The notes under the pieces were generated by a model. The model made no database searches, had not been told where the DNA came from, and was given only the letters and a program-made list of their open reading frames with translations. Position numbers and translations under genes: made by a program. From NCBI GenBank assembly GCA_951406725.2, contig OX597842.1, positions 5,952,001 to 6,016,000 on the forward strand: DNA of 64,000 nucleotides, given 5' to 3'. The DNA comes from Octopus vulgaris (lineage: Eukaryota). Of this stretch, positions 1 through 11,849 are shown piece by piece (within the stretch, counting starts at the first letter, position 1; the number at the start of each line of letters is the position of its first letter).

Positions 1-1025
1 TCGTAGACGCACGCTAATACCCAGAAGGGCTCGATATGAATCACGACTATAAGATACCCGCTTTTGGTTAAACTGCACCGCAAAATGTGGGAGTAGTTAG
101 GAATCTAAATCGTAGGAGACAGACACACAACTTCACTCTTATATAAAGATGCTTTTTTTTTTCAGTCATAGAGTTAGATTTATGAAGGTCTTCAGTAGAA
201 AATCCTTCGAATTCTGACTCGCTGCTTGATATAATGAAATTCGTATCCATTTTTTGTCAGAATTACAAATTTTGAAAACACAATAGGAAATGAGTAAAAT
301 AAAAACCAATTTACCTTTTCTGTCCGTCCGTGTGTCTTTGCAAATGTGTTGGAATGATAAGTGAGTTGTGATTTGGCGCCTTTTTTACTAATAACAAACA
401 CACACGTGTTTGTATGTAGTTGTATGTGTATGTAGTTGTATGTAGTTGTATATGTATGTGTATGCGTGTGTGTGAGGAATGACACACACACACTCACGCA
501 CGCACACATGTACATCAGTGCTTTCGGAGTGATATGTTAAAATATTGAGTTTTCTCGAATTTTGTCTTAATTGGTGGTAAAATTGAAAGAAATTTTTTAT
601 GGCATCACCCACTGAAGTACTCTGAAAAATCTTAGGTAAACTCTAATTGAAGAAATTGTGTATTTATTTGTTTCTGTTTGCTGTGTTTTTTTATTTTTTG
701 AGTAGTGGTTTAAATACTTTCACTTTAGTCTTCCTCAAATCACTCTGTCGCTATTTACTTTCATTTTATTCGTCGCACACTGTGTGTGTGCGTTTGCGTG
801 TGGTGTAAACCAGACTAAGAAAAGCATTTGACACACACACCAGAATGTGAGTTTTCTGTAAATTTTGCTTAATTGGAGTTTAAATTTTAAAAACTGGACC
901 TGGCATGACGCGATGCATTGTACTCTTAAAAATGCTAGGTAAATTGTAATTGAAGAAATCCTATATTGTAGATTTGTATAACTCCCAAAGGGAGGCAGAT
1001 AAAATCTGCCTTTTATAATAAGAGA
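1..1025 (-). mobile_element. Non-autonomous Helitron-like element, 5' portion (continues left of window)
   Basis: Minus strand starts a|TCTCTTATTATAAAA at 1025, the same type of 5' end as the element at 18808. Subterminal hairpin ggcagat-aaa-atctgcc and a diverged internal duplication (~545-665 vs ~850-970). Confidence 0.5.
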
Positions 1026-1026
1026 T

Positions 1027-1431
1027 TACGGCAATTATTTCGACACATCTAGCATCGATTCCTCTCGGGTGGTTCAACAACTGGTTCAGGAGTATCCGGT
1101 GGTGCAGATGTATACAGAATAAATACAACTCGTTAAAATGACTGCTCCGCAATGTAGCTTCCGTTTTGTAGAGAGGAAAACAACCAGACGGAGGAAGTAT
1201 CTTCATTTATATAGATCAGAAATAAAATCGCAGATGACAAAAAGAGAAACGAACACGCAATCCAGCGAGAAAAGTATTGAAAATAACCGTTAAAAGATAT
1301 GGATGCATAAACGCCCCCGGACAAGCTGCAAGGCGCAAGTACACTCGCTCATACAAGCATCCGCAAAAATGTGAACATACGCACACGTGAGGTTTGGTGC
1401 ACTCATGATCGCAAAGCATGTTAGTTATTTA
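1027..1431 (-). repeat. Inverted pseudo-LTR copy (matches 2906-3331)
   Basis: Near-identical reverse complement of 2906-3331; ORFs 1216..1419(-) and 2918..3121(+) translate almost identically. Confidence 0.9.
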
Positions 1432-3225
1432 AAGTAATGGCATAAGAAAAATTTCTTTGGACTTTTCAAAAATTTAGGACTACACATTACTATAGGTAAA
1501 GATTATCGTAGAGTGGATCTTCTTGATGCTACCTTCTGTTTTGATACTGTATTATTTGAACCATTTCATAAGCCAAATGATCATATTAAGTACATTAACG
1601 TAGCATCCAACCATCCATTCTCGATTATACGGTATCTAGTTAAAAATATTTCTACAAGAATCTCTAGATTATCTGCTAACAATAAAATTTTCGAATCTCA
1701 TGCATCTTATTACTATGATGCTCTAGCTAGGGCTGGGTACTGTGAAAAAATTCAATATATACAAGAAGCAGGCATAAGCACACTGGTAATTCCTACAACT
1801 GCGATACACATTGTATACCACCACAAGGTTACCGTTTGAGAACTCACTCGGATAAAGAATACAGGCCAGAAAGAATTGGTCACATCAATGAACTATCAAC
1901 GAAAACTCAGACACATGCGACATAATAATTCAACTGCTTGTTCCAGTCCTGTACAACACACTCGATCAAATAAGCCTAACAACAGATATAGGAATCAGGA
2001 TGTCCTCTGGTTCAACCCGATTTTCGGTTTGCATGTTTCAACCAAGATTGCTGGAAAAGTTTTTTTGCTGCTTTGGAGAAGTGTTTTCCTAAATCTAATT
2101 GGTATCATGCTATTTTTAATCGACACACCATGAAGGTATCCTACGCCAACTCTGCTAATTTAGAGCAGCTTATGCATCGCATAAACAATAGCAAAATGCG
2201 GCAAAGATTCAATAACCCACCTACTGGATCTAGAGAACATTTGCATCTAAATACCAACCAAAGAGATGTACACCGCAATGGTAAACACCAACTACGACCA
2301 ATTTGTGGTAGTAGAAATACTTATGATACAGCTAGCACAATAACAACGCTGGTTAATGAAATCAGGATTGCCTTATATACAAATAAATACGATAAATGCT
2401 TATGCAGAGAAAAATCAAAATGTCCTTTGATGAATCTCTGTATGAGTACAAATCTTGTATATAAATGTACCATGCACATAAGGGGAAGGTCCTATGTTTA
2501 CATTGGGCAGTCGGCTGATTCATTTAAGAATCGTTAATCATAACCATGTTGCCAGCTTTAAGACAATCAATAAGAGACATTCAACATTTTTGGCAGATTC
2601 TGTATGGTGACTGAAGGAGGAGAAAACGAAGTACAGCATTAATTAGTAAGGTATGCAAAACCATACAATATAATTTCCAGGAGATGCCATCTCTACTCCG
2701 AGGAATCCCTGTCTATTCTGTGGGCTAAGGAGAAGATAATTAATAGAATTTCTGAATGACTTCGAGATGCCTACACGTATATAAATGTATTTTCACACAA
2801 TGCAGTGAAAATGAATTTTGAGTAACCGTTAACTTAATTTAAGTTACTTTAAGGTATAGATGACTCAAGTTTACTTTTAACCTCCCCATTCTTATAAATA
2901 CCAAGTAAATAACTAACTTGCTTTACGATCATGAGTGCACCAAACCTCACGTGTGCGTATGCTCACATTTTTGCGGATGCTTGTATGAGCGAGTGTACTT
3001 GCGCCTTGCAGCTTGTCCGGGGGCGTTTATGCATCCATATCTTTTAACGGTTATTTTCAATACTTTTCTCGCTGGAGTGCGTGTTCGTTTCTCTTTTTGT
3101 CATCTGCGATTTTATTTCTGATCTATATAAATGAAGATATTTCCTCCGTCTGGTTGTTTTCCTCTCTACAAAACGGGAAGCTACATTGCAGAGCAGTCAT
3201 TTTAACGAGTTGTATTTATTCATTT

Positions 3226-3331
3226 ATCACCCGACGAGATACATCTGCACCACCGGATACTCCTGAACCAGTTGTTGAGTGTCCCACCCGAGAAGAATCG
3301 ATGCTAGATGTGTCGAAAAATTTGTCGTGAT
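3226..3331 (+). ncRNA. Type I hammerhead ribozyme motif in Penelope pLTR, variant CCGACGA core, long stem II
   Basis: Stem I atcac/gtgat; core CCGACGA 3231-3237; stem II gatacatct-gca/tgc-t-agatgtgtc; GAAA 3315-3318; short AT-rich stem III; GTC triplet 3324-3326. Confidence 0.7.
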
Positions 3332-3374
3332 TAATAATAAATTCTCGTATATTCCATCTTCTGTCTTTCATTTG

Positions 3375-3376
<2 letters not shown>

Positions 3377-3445
<69 letters not shown>

Positions 3446-3637
3446 AATGTGACCGCGTGTGTACCGTTGGTGATTTTTTTCCTCCGTCTTCCCTTCCCTT
3501 TCCTATGTTTCTGACGAAGAGCTCCGCTCGAAACGTTAAGCCCTCCTTTCCTTCTTTCCTGAGCGTCCAATAATACTATACTTGTTCCACGTCCTCGCGT
3601 TGTGTTTTTTCTTTGTGTTTTCAAATTTAGATTAACT

Positions 3638-3713
<76 letters not shown>
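3377..3713 (+). mobile_element. ~195 bp HHR-bearing Penelope pLTR/retrozyme-like insert (3445-3639) inside an (ATCT)n microsatellite
   Basis: (ATCT)n at 3377-3444 and 3640-3713 flank a non-coding segment that carries a hammerhead. Confidence 0.6.
3507..3541 (+). ncRNA. Minimal type I hammerhead ribozyme
   Basis: gttt-CTGACGA-a-gagc(tcc)gctc-GAAA-cgtt-aagc: canonical core, 4-bp stem II, palindromic ACGT stem III, stem I gttt/aagc. Confidence 0.8.
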
Positions 3714-3739
3714 ATTGAAATGTTGAATTTAGTTCACGG

Positions 3740-3800
3740 ACCCCAGTACTACTTTTGCATACTACCAGGGGTCCGCGGACTACAGGTTGGGAACCACTGG
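3740..3800 (+). mobile_element. hAT-type MITE right-end fragment
   Basis: gggtccgcgg..caggttgggaaccactg resembles the TIR of the copies at 27155 and 61032. Confidence 0.45.
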
Positions 3801-4098
3801 ATTAAAACAATTAAAAGTGACGAGGGAAGAAAGAAAATATAGAAAAATAAAAATGGAGCAAAAAGAGGAACAAAAAATAGAAAAAACATCGATTCAACAC
3901 TAAGTGGTCGCACACCACAATTTCAACGGAACCTGGTGAGGCAAGCTAGCACGCAAGCGTCATTATCACGGGTGATGGCAAAGCTAAGGCGTTAGAATAG
4001 CCAAGCAACCTTACGAGCATCATTTCATATCGCCAACTATGATACAGTTTGGAAAAATAGTAAATGTTTTCAATGAGAATTTGCCAAGAACATCAATA

Positions 4099-4203
4099 CA
4101 GGCGTAGGCATGGCTGTGTGTTAAGAAGCTTGTTTCCCAAGCATGACTCGGAACCATGTGGTTGGGTAGCAAATTTCTTACCACATAGCCACTCCTGCGC
4201 CTG
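4099..4203. repeat. Two tRNA-SINE (family A) heads fused in inverted orientation
   Basis: caggcgtaggcatggctgtgtg... followed by ...ccacatagccactcctgcgcctg. Confidence 0.7.
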
Positions 4204-4228
4204 TATATATATATATACTGTATGTATG

Positions 4229-4274
<46 letters not shown>

Positions 4275-4312
4275 TATATAGATATATGTGTGTGTGTGTG
4301 TATATATATATG

Positions 4313-4392
<80 letters not shown>

Positions 4393-4561
4393 TGTATGTA
4401 TGTATGTATGTATGTATATGTGTGTGTATGTGTATGTGCGTGTGTCAGTGCCTTTCATTATTTCGGGATCAATAAATTAAGTACCTGTGAAACACTGGGG
4501 TCGATATAATCGACTAAATCCCTCCCTCAAATTTCGGGCCTTGTGTCTATAGTAGAAAGGA

Positions 4562-4602
<41 letters not shown>

Positions 4603-4820
4603 CATCATAAATATGTACGCACGTACGTACGTACGTATGTATGTATGTATGTATGTATGTATGTATGTATGTATGTATGTATGTATGTATGTACGTACGT
4701 ACGTACGTACGTACGCACGCACGCATGCATGCATGCATGCATGTATGTATGCATGCATGCATGTATGTATGTATGTATGTATGTATGTATGTATGTATGT
4801 ATGTATGTATGTATGCATAA
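4204..4820. repeat. Compound microsatellites (TA)n/(TATG)n/(ATT)n/(TACG)n with SINE fragment
   Basis: Direct inspection. Confidence 0.95.
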
Positions 4821-5137
4821 GCATTTGTGTTTGTCCTTCAATTCCGCTTGACAACTCGTGTTAGTTTGTTTACGTCTCCGTAATTAAGCGGTTCTGTAAA
4901 AGAGACCGATAGAATAAGAATCAGATTAAAACAAATAAGTGCTGGGATCGATTTGTTCGGCAAAACCGTTCAAGACATTGCTGAAAATATATATTTGATA
5001 CTGAAATCGCTGAAGTGTGAAAGATGAACGATGTCAAAAGTGATGTCAAAAATCTTTCGTTTGGCAGTGCTATCGAAATGTACTACTAGTTCACGATAAA
5101 CTCTATAGGAACGGAAGTGCCCCAGTGGCGAATAAAA

Positions 5138-5181
<44 letters not shown>

Positions 5182-5737
5182 TGCCCTGATGCAGTACCAG
5201 GCAGTGGCTCTCATGGCTTCTGATCTTAACTCATTGGAAGTGTTATCATGTACATTGTTTTGTCTTGGTATAAAAGATGGGCTACAGCAAATATTCTGCT
5301 CAATACCACAGATTTGCTTGTCAGTTGTTTGACCTTAACCAGTCGAGCATGTCCCTTAGTTGTTGGCGATATGTGCATCTCTGATCACGAGCAGAAGTAG
5401 TGGGGGAGCATCATAGTCATGTATTGAGAGGGATTCTTTGGGGTTTGAATAATTCACCTCTGGAAACATGGGTGTTTCGTTCAACATCCTTAAGCAACCC
5501 TTATTCAGGGACCTTTTGAGCAGGATGGGTTACTCGACCAGAAGAAAATTCTAACTGGGCCCCACCTGCAAGGTCATGTGTTTTTTATCTTGATATGAGA
5601 TCACCATGTTGCGCACATATGGTTGTGATGCATGTGCCTGGTGTACCCTTATCAGACGGGTAGTCATGATGGGTGTACGGGGGTTCGTATATTTTACCCC
5701 AGCGTCACTTTGATGGCATGCGCTGCTCTCTCATTCA
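5182..5737. mobile_element. ~555 bp non-coding interspersed element flanked by (AAT)n, probably R4/Dong-associated
   Basis: Near-identical copy at ~9177-9688 and a short inverted end at ~8563-8608; always abuts (AAT)n. Confidence 0.65.
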
Positions 5738-5758
5738 ATAATAATAATAATAATAATG

Positions 5759-5792
<34 letters not shown>

Positions 5793-5845
5793 TAATAATA
5801 ACCACAAACCTGAAGGCATCGTCGAAAATAGAAATACAAAGATCC

Positions 5846-5895
<50 letters not shown>

Positions 5896-5896
<1 letters not shown>

Positions 5897-6249
5897 GGCG
5901 GCGATCTGGCAGAAACGTTAGGACGCCGGGCGAAGTGCTTAGGGGTATTTCGTCTGCCGCTACGTTCTGAGTTCAAATTAAATAAGTACCAGTTACTCAC
6001 TGGGATCGATGTAATCGACTTAATCCGTTTGTCTGTCCTTGATTGTCCCTTCTGTGTTTAGCCCCTTGTGGGTTGTAAAGAAATAGGTATTTCACCTGTC
6101 GCTACATTCTGAGTTCAAATTCCGCCGAGGTCGACTTTGCTTTTCATCCTTTCGGGGTCGATAAATTAAGTACCTGTCCAGTGCTGAGGTCGACCTAATT
6201 GACTAGCCTCCTACCCCATATTTCAGGCCTTGTGCTTATAGTAGAAAGG

Positions 6250-6250
<1 letters not shown>
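5896..6250 (+). mobile_element. tRNA-derived SINE family B, composite (dimeric) form, (ATT)n tail
   Basis: A/B-box-like head (ctggcagaa..g; gagttcaaattcc) and central gtcgactttgcctttcatcctttcggggtcgataaattaagtacc domain, which resembles the Meta-SINE core. Other copies at ~8222-8470(-), 13984-14197, 16868-17080, 17437-17828(-), 17890-18103(-), 28275-28512(-), 31630-31832(-), 32765-32966(-), 33313-33524, 33582-33790, 53220-53420, 54865-54993. Confidence 0.85.
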
Positions 6251-6295
<45 letters not shown>

Positions 6296-6297
<2 letters not shown>

Positions 6298-7382
6298 TAG
6301 TCTTATTTTTATAGCGTGCTTACACTTCACTACCGAGCGCAGCTCTGTGCGCCTTGGGTATGTGCTGGGATTTGTTGTGATGCTTCAAGTTACCTCTATT
6401 TCCAGGTCTTTGTATTTTGAAAATTTCTCCATTTCTTTAAGAGACACGGTGTCATCTGCTAGTATTGCAGTATTTTTTTTTCTTTATGATCTCTGACAAC
6501 TATATCTGGCCTGTTGGCCTTAATTTCTCTATCTGTGTGTATTGGCATATACTAGAGTACGGTTGCTGTCTCGTTTTCTGTGACCTTTTCTGGTGTGTGC
6601 CTATACCATCTTTTTTTTGTTATTATTCCATAATGTTGGCATAGCTTCCAGTGTATGTAGGTCCCAACTCTGTCGTGTCTGTGAATATATTCTTTCTTAG
6701 CCAGGACTGGGCAACCAGAGATAATATGATTTGTTGTTTCTTGTCCATCTCCACATATTCTGCAGTTATTTGTTATATATTTTTTCATTATATGTTTTTG
6801 GTCATTTCTGGTGGGGAGGGTTTGGTCTTGTGCTGCAATTAAAAATCCCTCCGTCTCTACTTTGAGTCCTGAGCTTCTCAACCATTGCTGGGATTTTTTT
6901 TTTGTCTATTACTTTTGCATTTAGTTTAGTCCAGTATTTGCCATGAAGGGGCTTTTCTTGCCATCGTTTTATCATGGTCCGTTGCTGTTTTATTTTTAGT
7001 TTGGATTTCATTTGTTTTATAGCTTTTGCTGTTTTTTCTTCTTCCACTTCTTCATATTTGTTAGGTGGTATGATTTCTTGTTTGTATTTGTCAGCTTCCT
7101 TAAATACTGAGAACAGTTTTTTGTTTTGCTCGTGTTTTGCTGCTATCTGGATCAGTTTTCCTTCCTTCTGGAGTAGGTATTTTTGCAGTCCTATGGTGGT
7201 TATTTTATAATAGCTTTCCAGCTGTATAAGGCCTCTACCACCTTCTATACGTTGTATATATAGCCTTTCTATGTCAGATTTTGGGTGATATATCCTAGAT
7301 CCTGTCATTATTTTTCTTGTCTTCCTATCTATTTTGGTTAGTTCATTTAGTGTCTAGTTAAGGATATTGTAGCTGTAACTAT
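6296..7382 (-). mobile_element. R4/Dong-type non-LTR retrotransposon 3' fragment (post-RT, CCHC, REL endonuclease)
   Basis: ORFs 6802-7308 (HPKSDIERLYI.R.EGGRGLI..W.EKPLHGKY) and 6552-6881 (ETEGFLIAAQDQ..CRICG..ET..HIISGC..RHD); flanked by (TTA)n. Confidence 0.9.
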
Positions 7383-7459
7383 TATTATTATCATTAGTAT
7401 TAGTATTTTTATTATTATTATTATCATCATCATCATCATCATCATCATCATTATTATAT

Positions 7460-7900
7460 ACTTTTAATCTGTATGTATGTTACAATCACTTGTCGGTACA
7501 CACCCAGCGTCCTAGGGCGAGTGAATGATAAAGTATGTTACAATATGACTGAAAGATTGAGGAGGGGAAGTGGTTGGGGCAGTAGCGAAATATCTTCATG
7601 TAATACAACACAGACATTTAAATTGATAGGGTTTTTTAAGGATGTGGGCAGTACTTGTCAGCGCAATCTTTTGGATTGCTCTGAGACATGGTTCTCCTGG
7701 GATATTATGTAAATGTTTCTGACATCTTTTTTTTTTATCATACTAAGAACATCCTCAATAACAGGAACAGTTCTTGCTTTCAGATGTCACATCTTTTGTA
7801 TTTCAATTTCCAGGTCCTTATATTTACTTAATTTGTCGAATTCCTTCATAGATATATTTTTATCAGTGGGAACACTTACATCTAGTAGTCTACAAGTATT
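7460..7900 (-). mobile_element. R4/Dong 3' end fragment (REL endonuclease C-terminus + 3' UTR)
   Basis: Minus strand reads LDVSVPTDKNISMKEFDKLSKYKDLEIEIQKMWHLK. Confidence 0.8.
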
Positions 7901-7907
7901 GTTATTA

Positions 7908-8100
7908 TTACCTCCGCCTCAGCGAAGGCGGAGGTATTGTTTTCAGTCGTGTTTGTTTGTTTGTCCGTGGACAAGATATCCCAAGAACCGCTGAATGAAT
8001 TCGGATGAAGCTTTCAGGGATGTTTGGCCTCGTGATTGGCACGAACTGCTTAGATTTTGGGAGAGATCCGATACTTGACAAAGATTCTGAATTGTTTGTT
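7908..8100 (+). mobile_element. Helentron/DINE-like non-autonomous element fragment
   Basis: Terminal hairpin tacctccgcc..ggcggaggta followed by (GTTT)n and core sequence. Confidence 0.5.
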
Positions 8101-8605
8101 ATATTTACATTACTTTACATGAAGTATTACGATCTTTACGTTCACTTTCAAGTCTTTCTCTGAATATCTCCTTTGAAAGCACGCTCATGGAAATCTAACA
8201 TGCAAAGCCACCTCTGATTTCAGAATGTAGCGACAGGTGAAATACCTATTTCTTTACAACCCACAAGGGGCTAAACACAGAGGGGACAATCAAGGACAGA
8301 CAAAGGGATCAAGTCGACTACATCGACCCCAGTGCGTAACTGGTACTTATTTAATCGACCCAGAAAGGATGAAAGGCAAAGTCGACCTCGGCGGAATTTG
8401 AACTCAGAACGTAGCGGCAGACAAAATACCGCTAAGCATTTCGCCCGGCGTGTTTCTGCCACCTTCTTGCCAGTCAGATAATCTTTTATCATGATATTCT
8501 CTTATTTCAGCTTCATCATCATCATCATCTTCATCATCATCATCATCTTCATCATCATTATTAAGATCAGAAACCATGAGAGCCACTGCCTGGTATTGCA
8601 TCAGG

Positions 8606-8660
<55 letters not shown>

Positions 8661-9150
8661 GACCACAAACCTGAAGGCATCGTCGAAAATTCAAATGCAA
8701 AGATCCGATGGGATTTTATGATTCAGTGCGACCATGAGATAGAGAATAGGAAGCCAGGCATAGTCTTAATTGAGAAAGAAAACAAACTCTGCTGGGTCAT
8801 AGATATAGCATGCTCAGCTGACAGCAAGGTATGCGATAAGGAAGAAAGAAAAGTCGAGAGATATGACAGGTTAGCTTGGGAAGTTAAGCAGTTGTGGTTG
8901 ATGAAAAAGGGAGCCATATTACCAATAATTGTCGGAGCCCTGGGAACAGTGAGCAAAGATCTCGAGAAGTACGTGGAACAAATAGGGGCTGCAATAAGGG
9001 TGAAGCACTTGCAAAACAAAAACAGCACTGTTTGGAACCGCTCGAATACTCCGGATGGTGCTCGAAAAATAAGAGGTGTTACCTTAGTTCACTGGTAGTG
9101 AACAGCTGGCACTGTAGTACATCTCCAGCGTTAGAAGCTGTGCAAAGGCA
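8661..9150 (+). mobile_element. R4/Dong 3' end fragment
   Basis: ORF 8718-9098: KPGIVLIEKE..VIDIACSAD..K.ERYDRLAWEVKQLW..PIIVGALG; (AAT)n on both sides. Confidence 0.85.
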
Positions 9151-9176
9151 ATAATAATGATAATAATAATAAATGT

Positions 9177-9688
9177 AGATGATTGGAAGTGTTATCATGT
9201 ACATTGTTTTGTCTTGGTATAAAAGATGGGTTACAGCAAATATTCTGCTCAATACCACAGATTTGCTTGTCAGTTGTTTGACCTTAACCAGTCGAGCATG
9301 TCCCTTAGTGGTTGGCGATATGTGCATCTCTGATCACGAGCAGAAGTAGTGGGGGAGCAGCATAGCCATGTGTTGAGAGGGATTCTTTGGGGTTTGAATA
9401 ATTTACCTCTGGAAATATGTGTGTTTCGTTCAACATCCTTAAACAACCCTTATTCAGGGACCTTTTGAGCGGGATAGGCTTACTCGACCAGAGAAAATTC
9501 TAACTGGGACCCCACCTGCAAGGTCATGCGTTGTTTATCTTGACATGAGATCACCATGTCACACACATATGCTTATGATGCATGTGCTATGGTGTACCCT
9601 TATCAGACGAGTAGTCATGATGGGTGTACGGGGGTTCGTATATCTTACCCCAGCGTCACTTTGATGGTATGCACTGCTCTCTCACTCA
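9177..9688. mobile_element. Second copy of the ~555 bp (AAT)n-flanked element
   Basis: High identity to 5230-5737. Confidence 0.7.
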
Positions 9689-9718
9689 ATAATAATGATG
9701 ATGATAATAATAATAATG

Positions 9719-9789
<71 letters not shown>

Positions 9790-11700
9790 CCTACCAGATT
9801 GTTCATTTACAAAGTCATGTTATAGAAAAAAGAGGAAGACAGAGAAAAAGGAAAAGATAAAAAAGAAAACAAATAAAATAAAGGGGAAAAAAGAAAGAAA
9901 ATTCACAGCGGCAATGCTCTTCTCAGTACCTGTAAGGTACCAGTTAAGACAGTCTTTTTCACTTCCTGCATAGATGGTAAACCAGGGATCATTCTTAAAT
10001 AATTTTCAATTCCTTTTTTGATCATTCCAGTTGCTCCTACAATCACTGGTATTGTAACCGCCTTGAGATGTCACATATTTTCGATTTCGATTTATATTTT
10101 CTGAGTTTATCAAATTATTTTGCCGAGATATTATGGTGACAGGGTATGCTCATGTCAATCAATAAACACTTTATTATTTTGGTCTTTCACAACAATATCT
10201 GGTTTATTTACTTTAATGACCGGTCTGTACATACTGGAAAGTCGCAAAGAATCGTTACATTTTCTCCCTCAGTTACAGCCTCAGGGTGGTGCTTGTATCA
10301 TTTGTCAGCAGTTTTGATTTTAGAATGCTGACGCATATGTAGATATTAGCCAACATTGTCATGTCTGGATTTATACTCTACAGGTGATAAAACCTTATAT
10401 CCAAAGATTAGGTGGCTCACTAACTATTTCTATCCCATCGTTGCAGTATCTGCACTTTGGGTCTACACCATTCTTCATCACATTCGATTGATAGTTTCAG
10501 GTCAATAAGCTCTGACCTTGGGCAGCTAAGATAAAGTTTTCACTCTCTGCCTTTAGCCCTGAGCTCTGTATCCACCGATGGGTGTGCTTCTGGTCTACAT
10601 CAGCTCATTTGCTACGGGCCACATATTTGCCATGAAGTGGATTTTGTTCCCACATATCAGCCAATTGTTCAAACGCATTTTGTTTTGCTTCACCTTCTTT
10701 GCAACTACAGCTTCTGCACTTCCATTATGCTGTTCAACCTGGGTATTATGCATAAACTCACTTGAAAGTTTTTTTGCTTTCCTTCGTAACAGAATGAAGC
10801 TTCTTACGTCTTTCATGGTTTTGCTAGTCCAATTGCGGTGGTTTTGTAGATTTCAAATTGGATCAAGCCTCGACCTCCTCGAGCCCTGGGTAGGTAAAGG
10901 CGATCTGCGCCTGCTTTTGGGTAGTGCATCCATGATTGCGGTAAGCTGTCGAAGGCTGTTTTATAATCAATCCACGTAGAACTGAGATTTCTGCGTTTGT
11001 TATGACAGTTCTCAAGGATTATGCGATTAAGAGTTGGTCTTTGTATCCATAAGAGCCTTGTCGGCACCCTTTTTTGTTCAGTGGCGAATATATCGTTCTG
11101 TTCCATAAATTTGTATGTTTTCCCTACGAGGATGTTAAGATTTTGTACGTGGTAGATAGACATGTTATGGGTCGATGATTTTGGGGAAATTTGGTTTCAT
11201 TATACTTCGGGAGTAGGTAAGAAATACCTCTTGCTAACCAATCAAGTGTTTTCGTAGGATCTCTCATAATTTCATTCAATAACTGTACTAACTTTTCGCG
11301 TGCGCACGAGAGAGAGGCAAGCCAGAAATTTGGCACCCTATCATTACCAGGAGATTTTCCCTTATGAGCCTTCGTAAGTGTCAGCAGCTTACGGATTTTC
11401 CTGTTAATCTTCCTTATTTCACTCATATACCATTTCAATACATTGAAACTGTAAATAACAACCGGAACTGCTAAGAAATTTATAGCCAACACCTTGTAAC
11501 GTGCATTTAACTCGGGTTTAGGACTGCTCGAACTCTCCTGTAACACTCCTTCCTGATCTTCTCTTTCATACTTTCATGTTGAATGCTTTAGCATCCGGTA
11601 AGTGTCAGCCTTAAGTTTGCTATTGTGATGTCTTCCCGTGCTTGTTTCTGGTAAGTTTCGGTAGAATCCATCTGTGCGTCTAATCCTGTCTGCATTTTCA
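9790..11700 (-). mobile_element. Degenerate, internally deleted R4/Dong element (RT N-part, post-RT, REL)
   Basis: GKSPGNDRV..RPITCLSTTYKILT, WIDYKTAFDSLP, RLYLPRARGGRGLI in ORFs 11124-11546 and 10813-11163. Confidence 0.85.
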
Positions 11701-11750
11701 TTGGCTTTTCATCATCATCATCATTCTCCTCCTCCTCCTCCTCCTCCTCC

Positions 11751-11845
<95 letters not shown>

Positions 11846-11849
11846 ATTA

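Larger units (their letters stand above)
1027..3376 (+). mobile_element. Penelope-like retroelement, 5'-truncated and degenerate (RT C-terminus + GIY-YIG endonuclease) with inverted pseudo-LTR
   Basis: ORF pieces 1513-1839 (LDATF..FHKPNDHIKYINVASNHP..ISRLS..YYDALARAGY), 1876-2133 (VLWFNPIF) and 2073-2537 (KVSY..CLCREKSKCPL..NLVYKC..YIGQSADSFKNR) match Penelope RT/thumb and GIY-YIG. Frameshifts and stops present. Confidence 0.9.
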
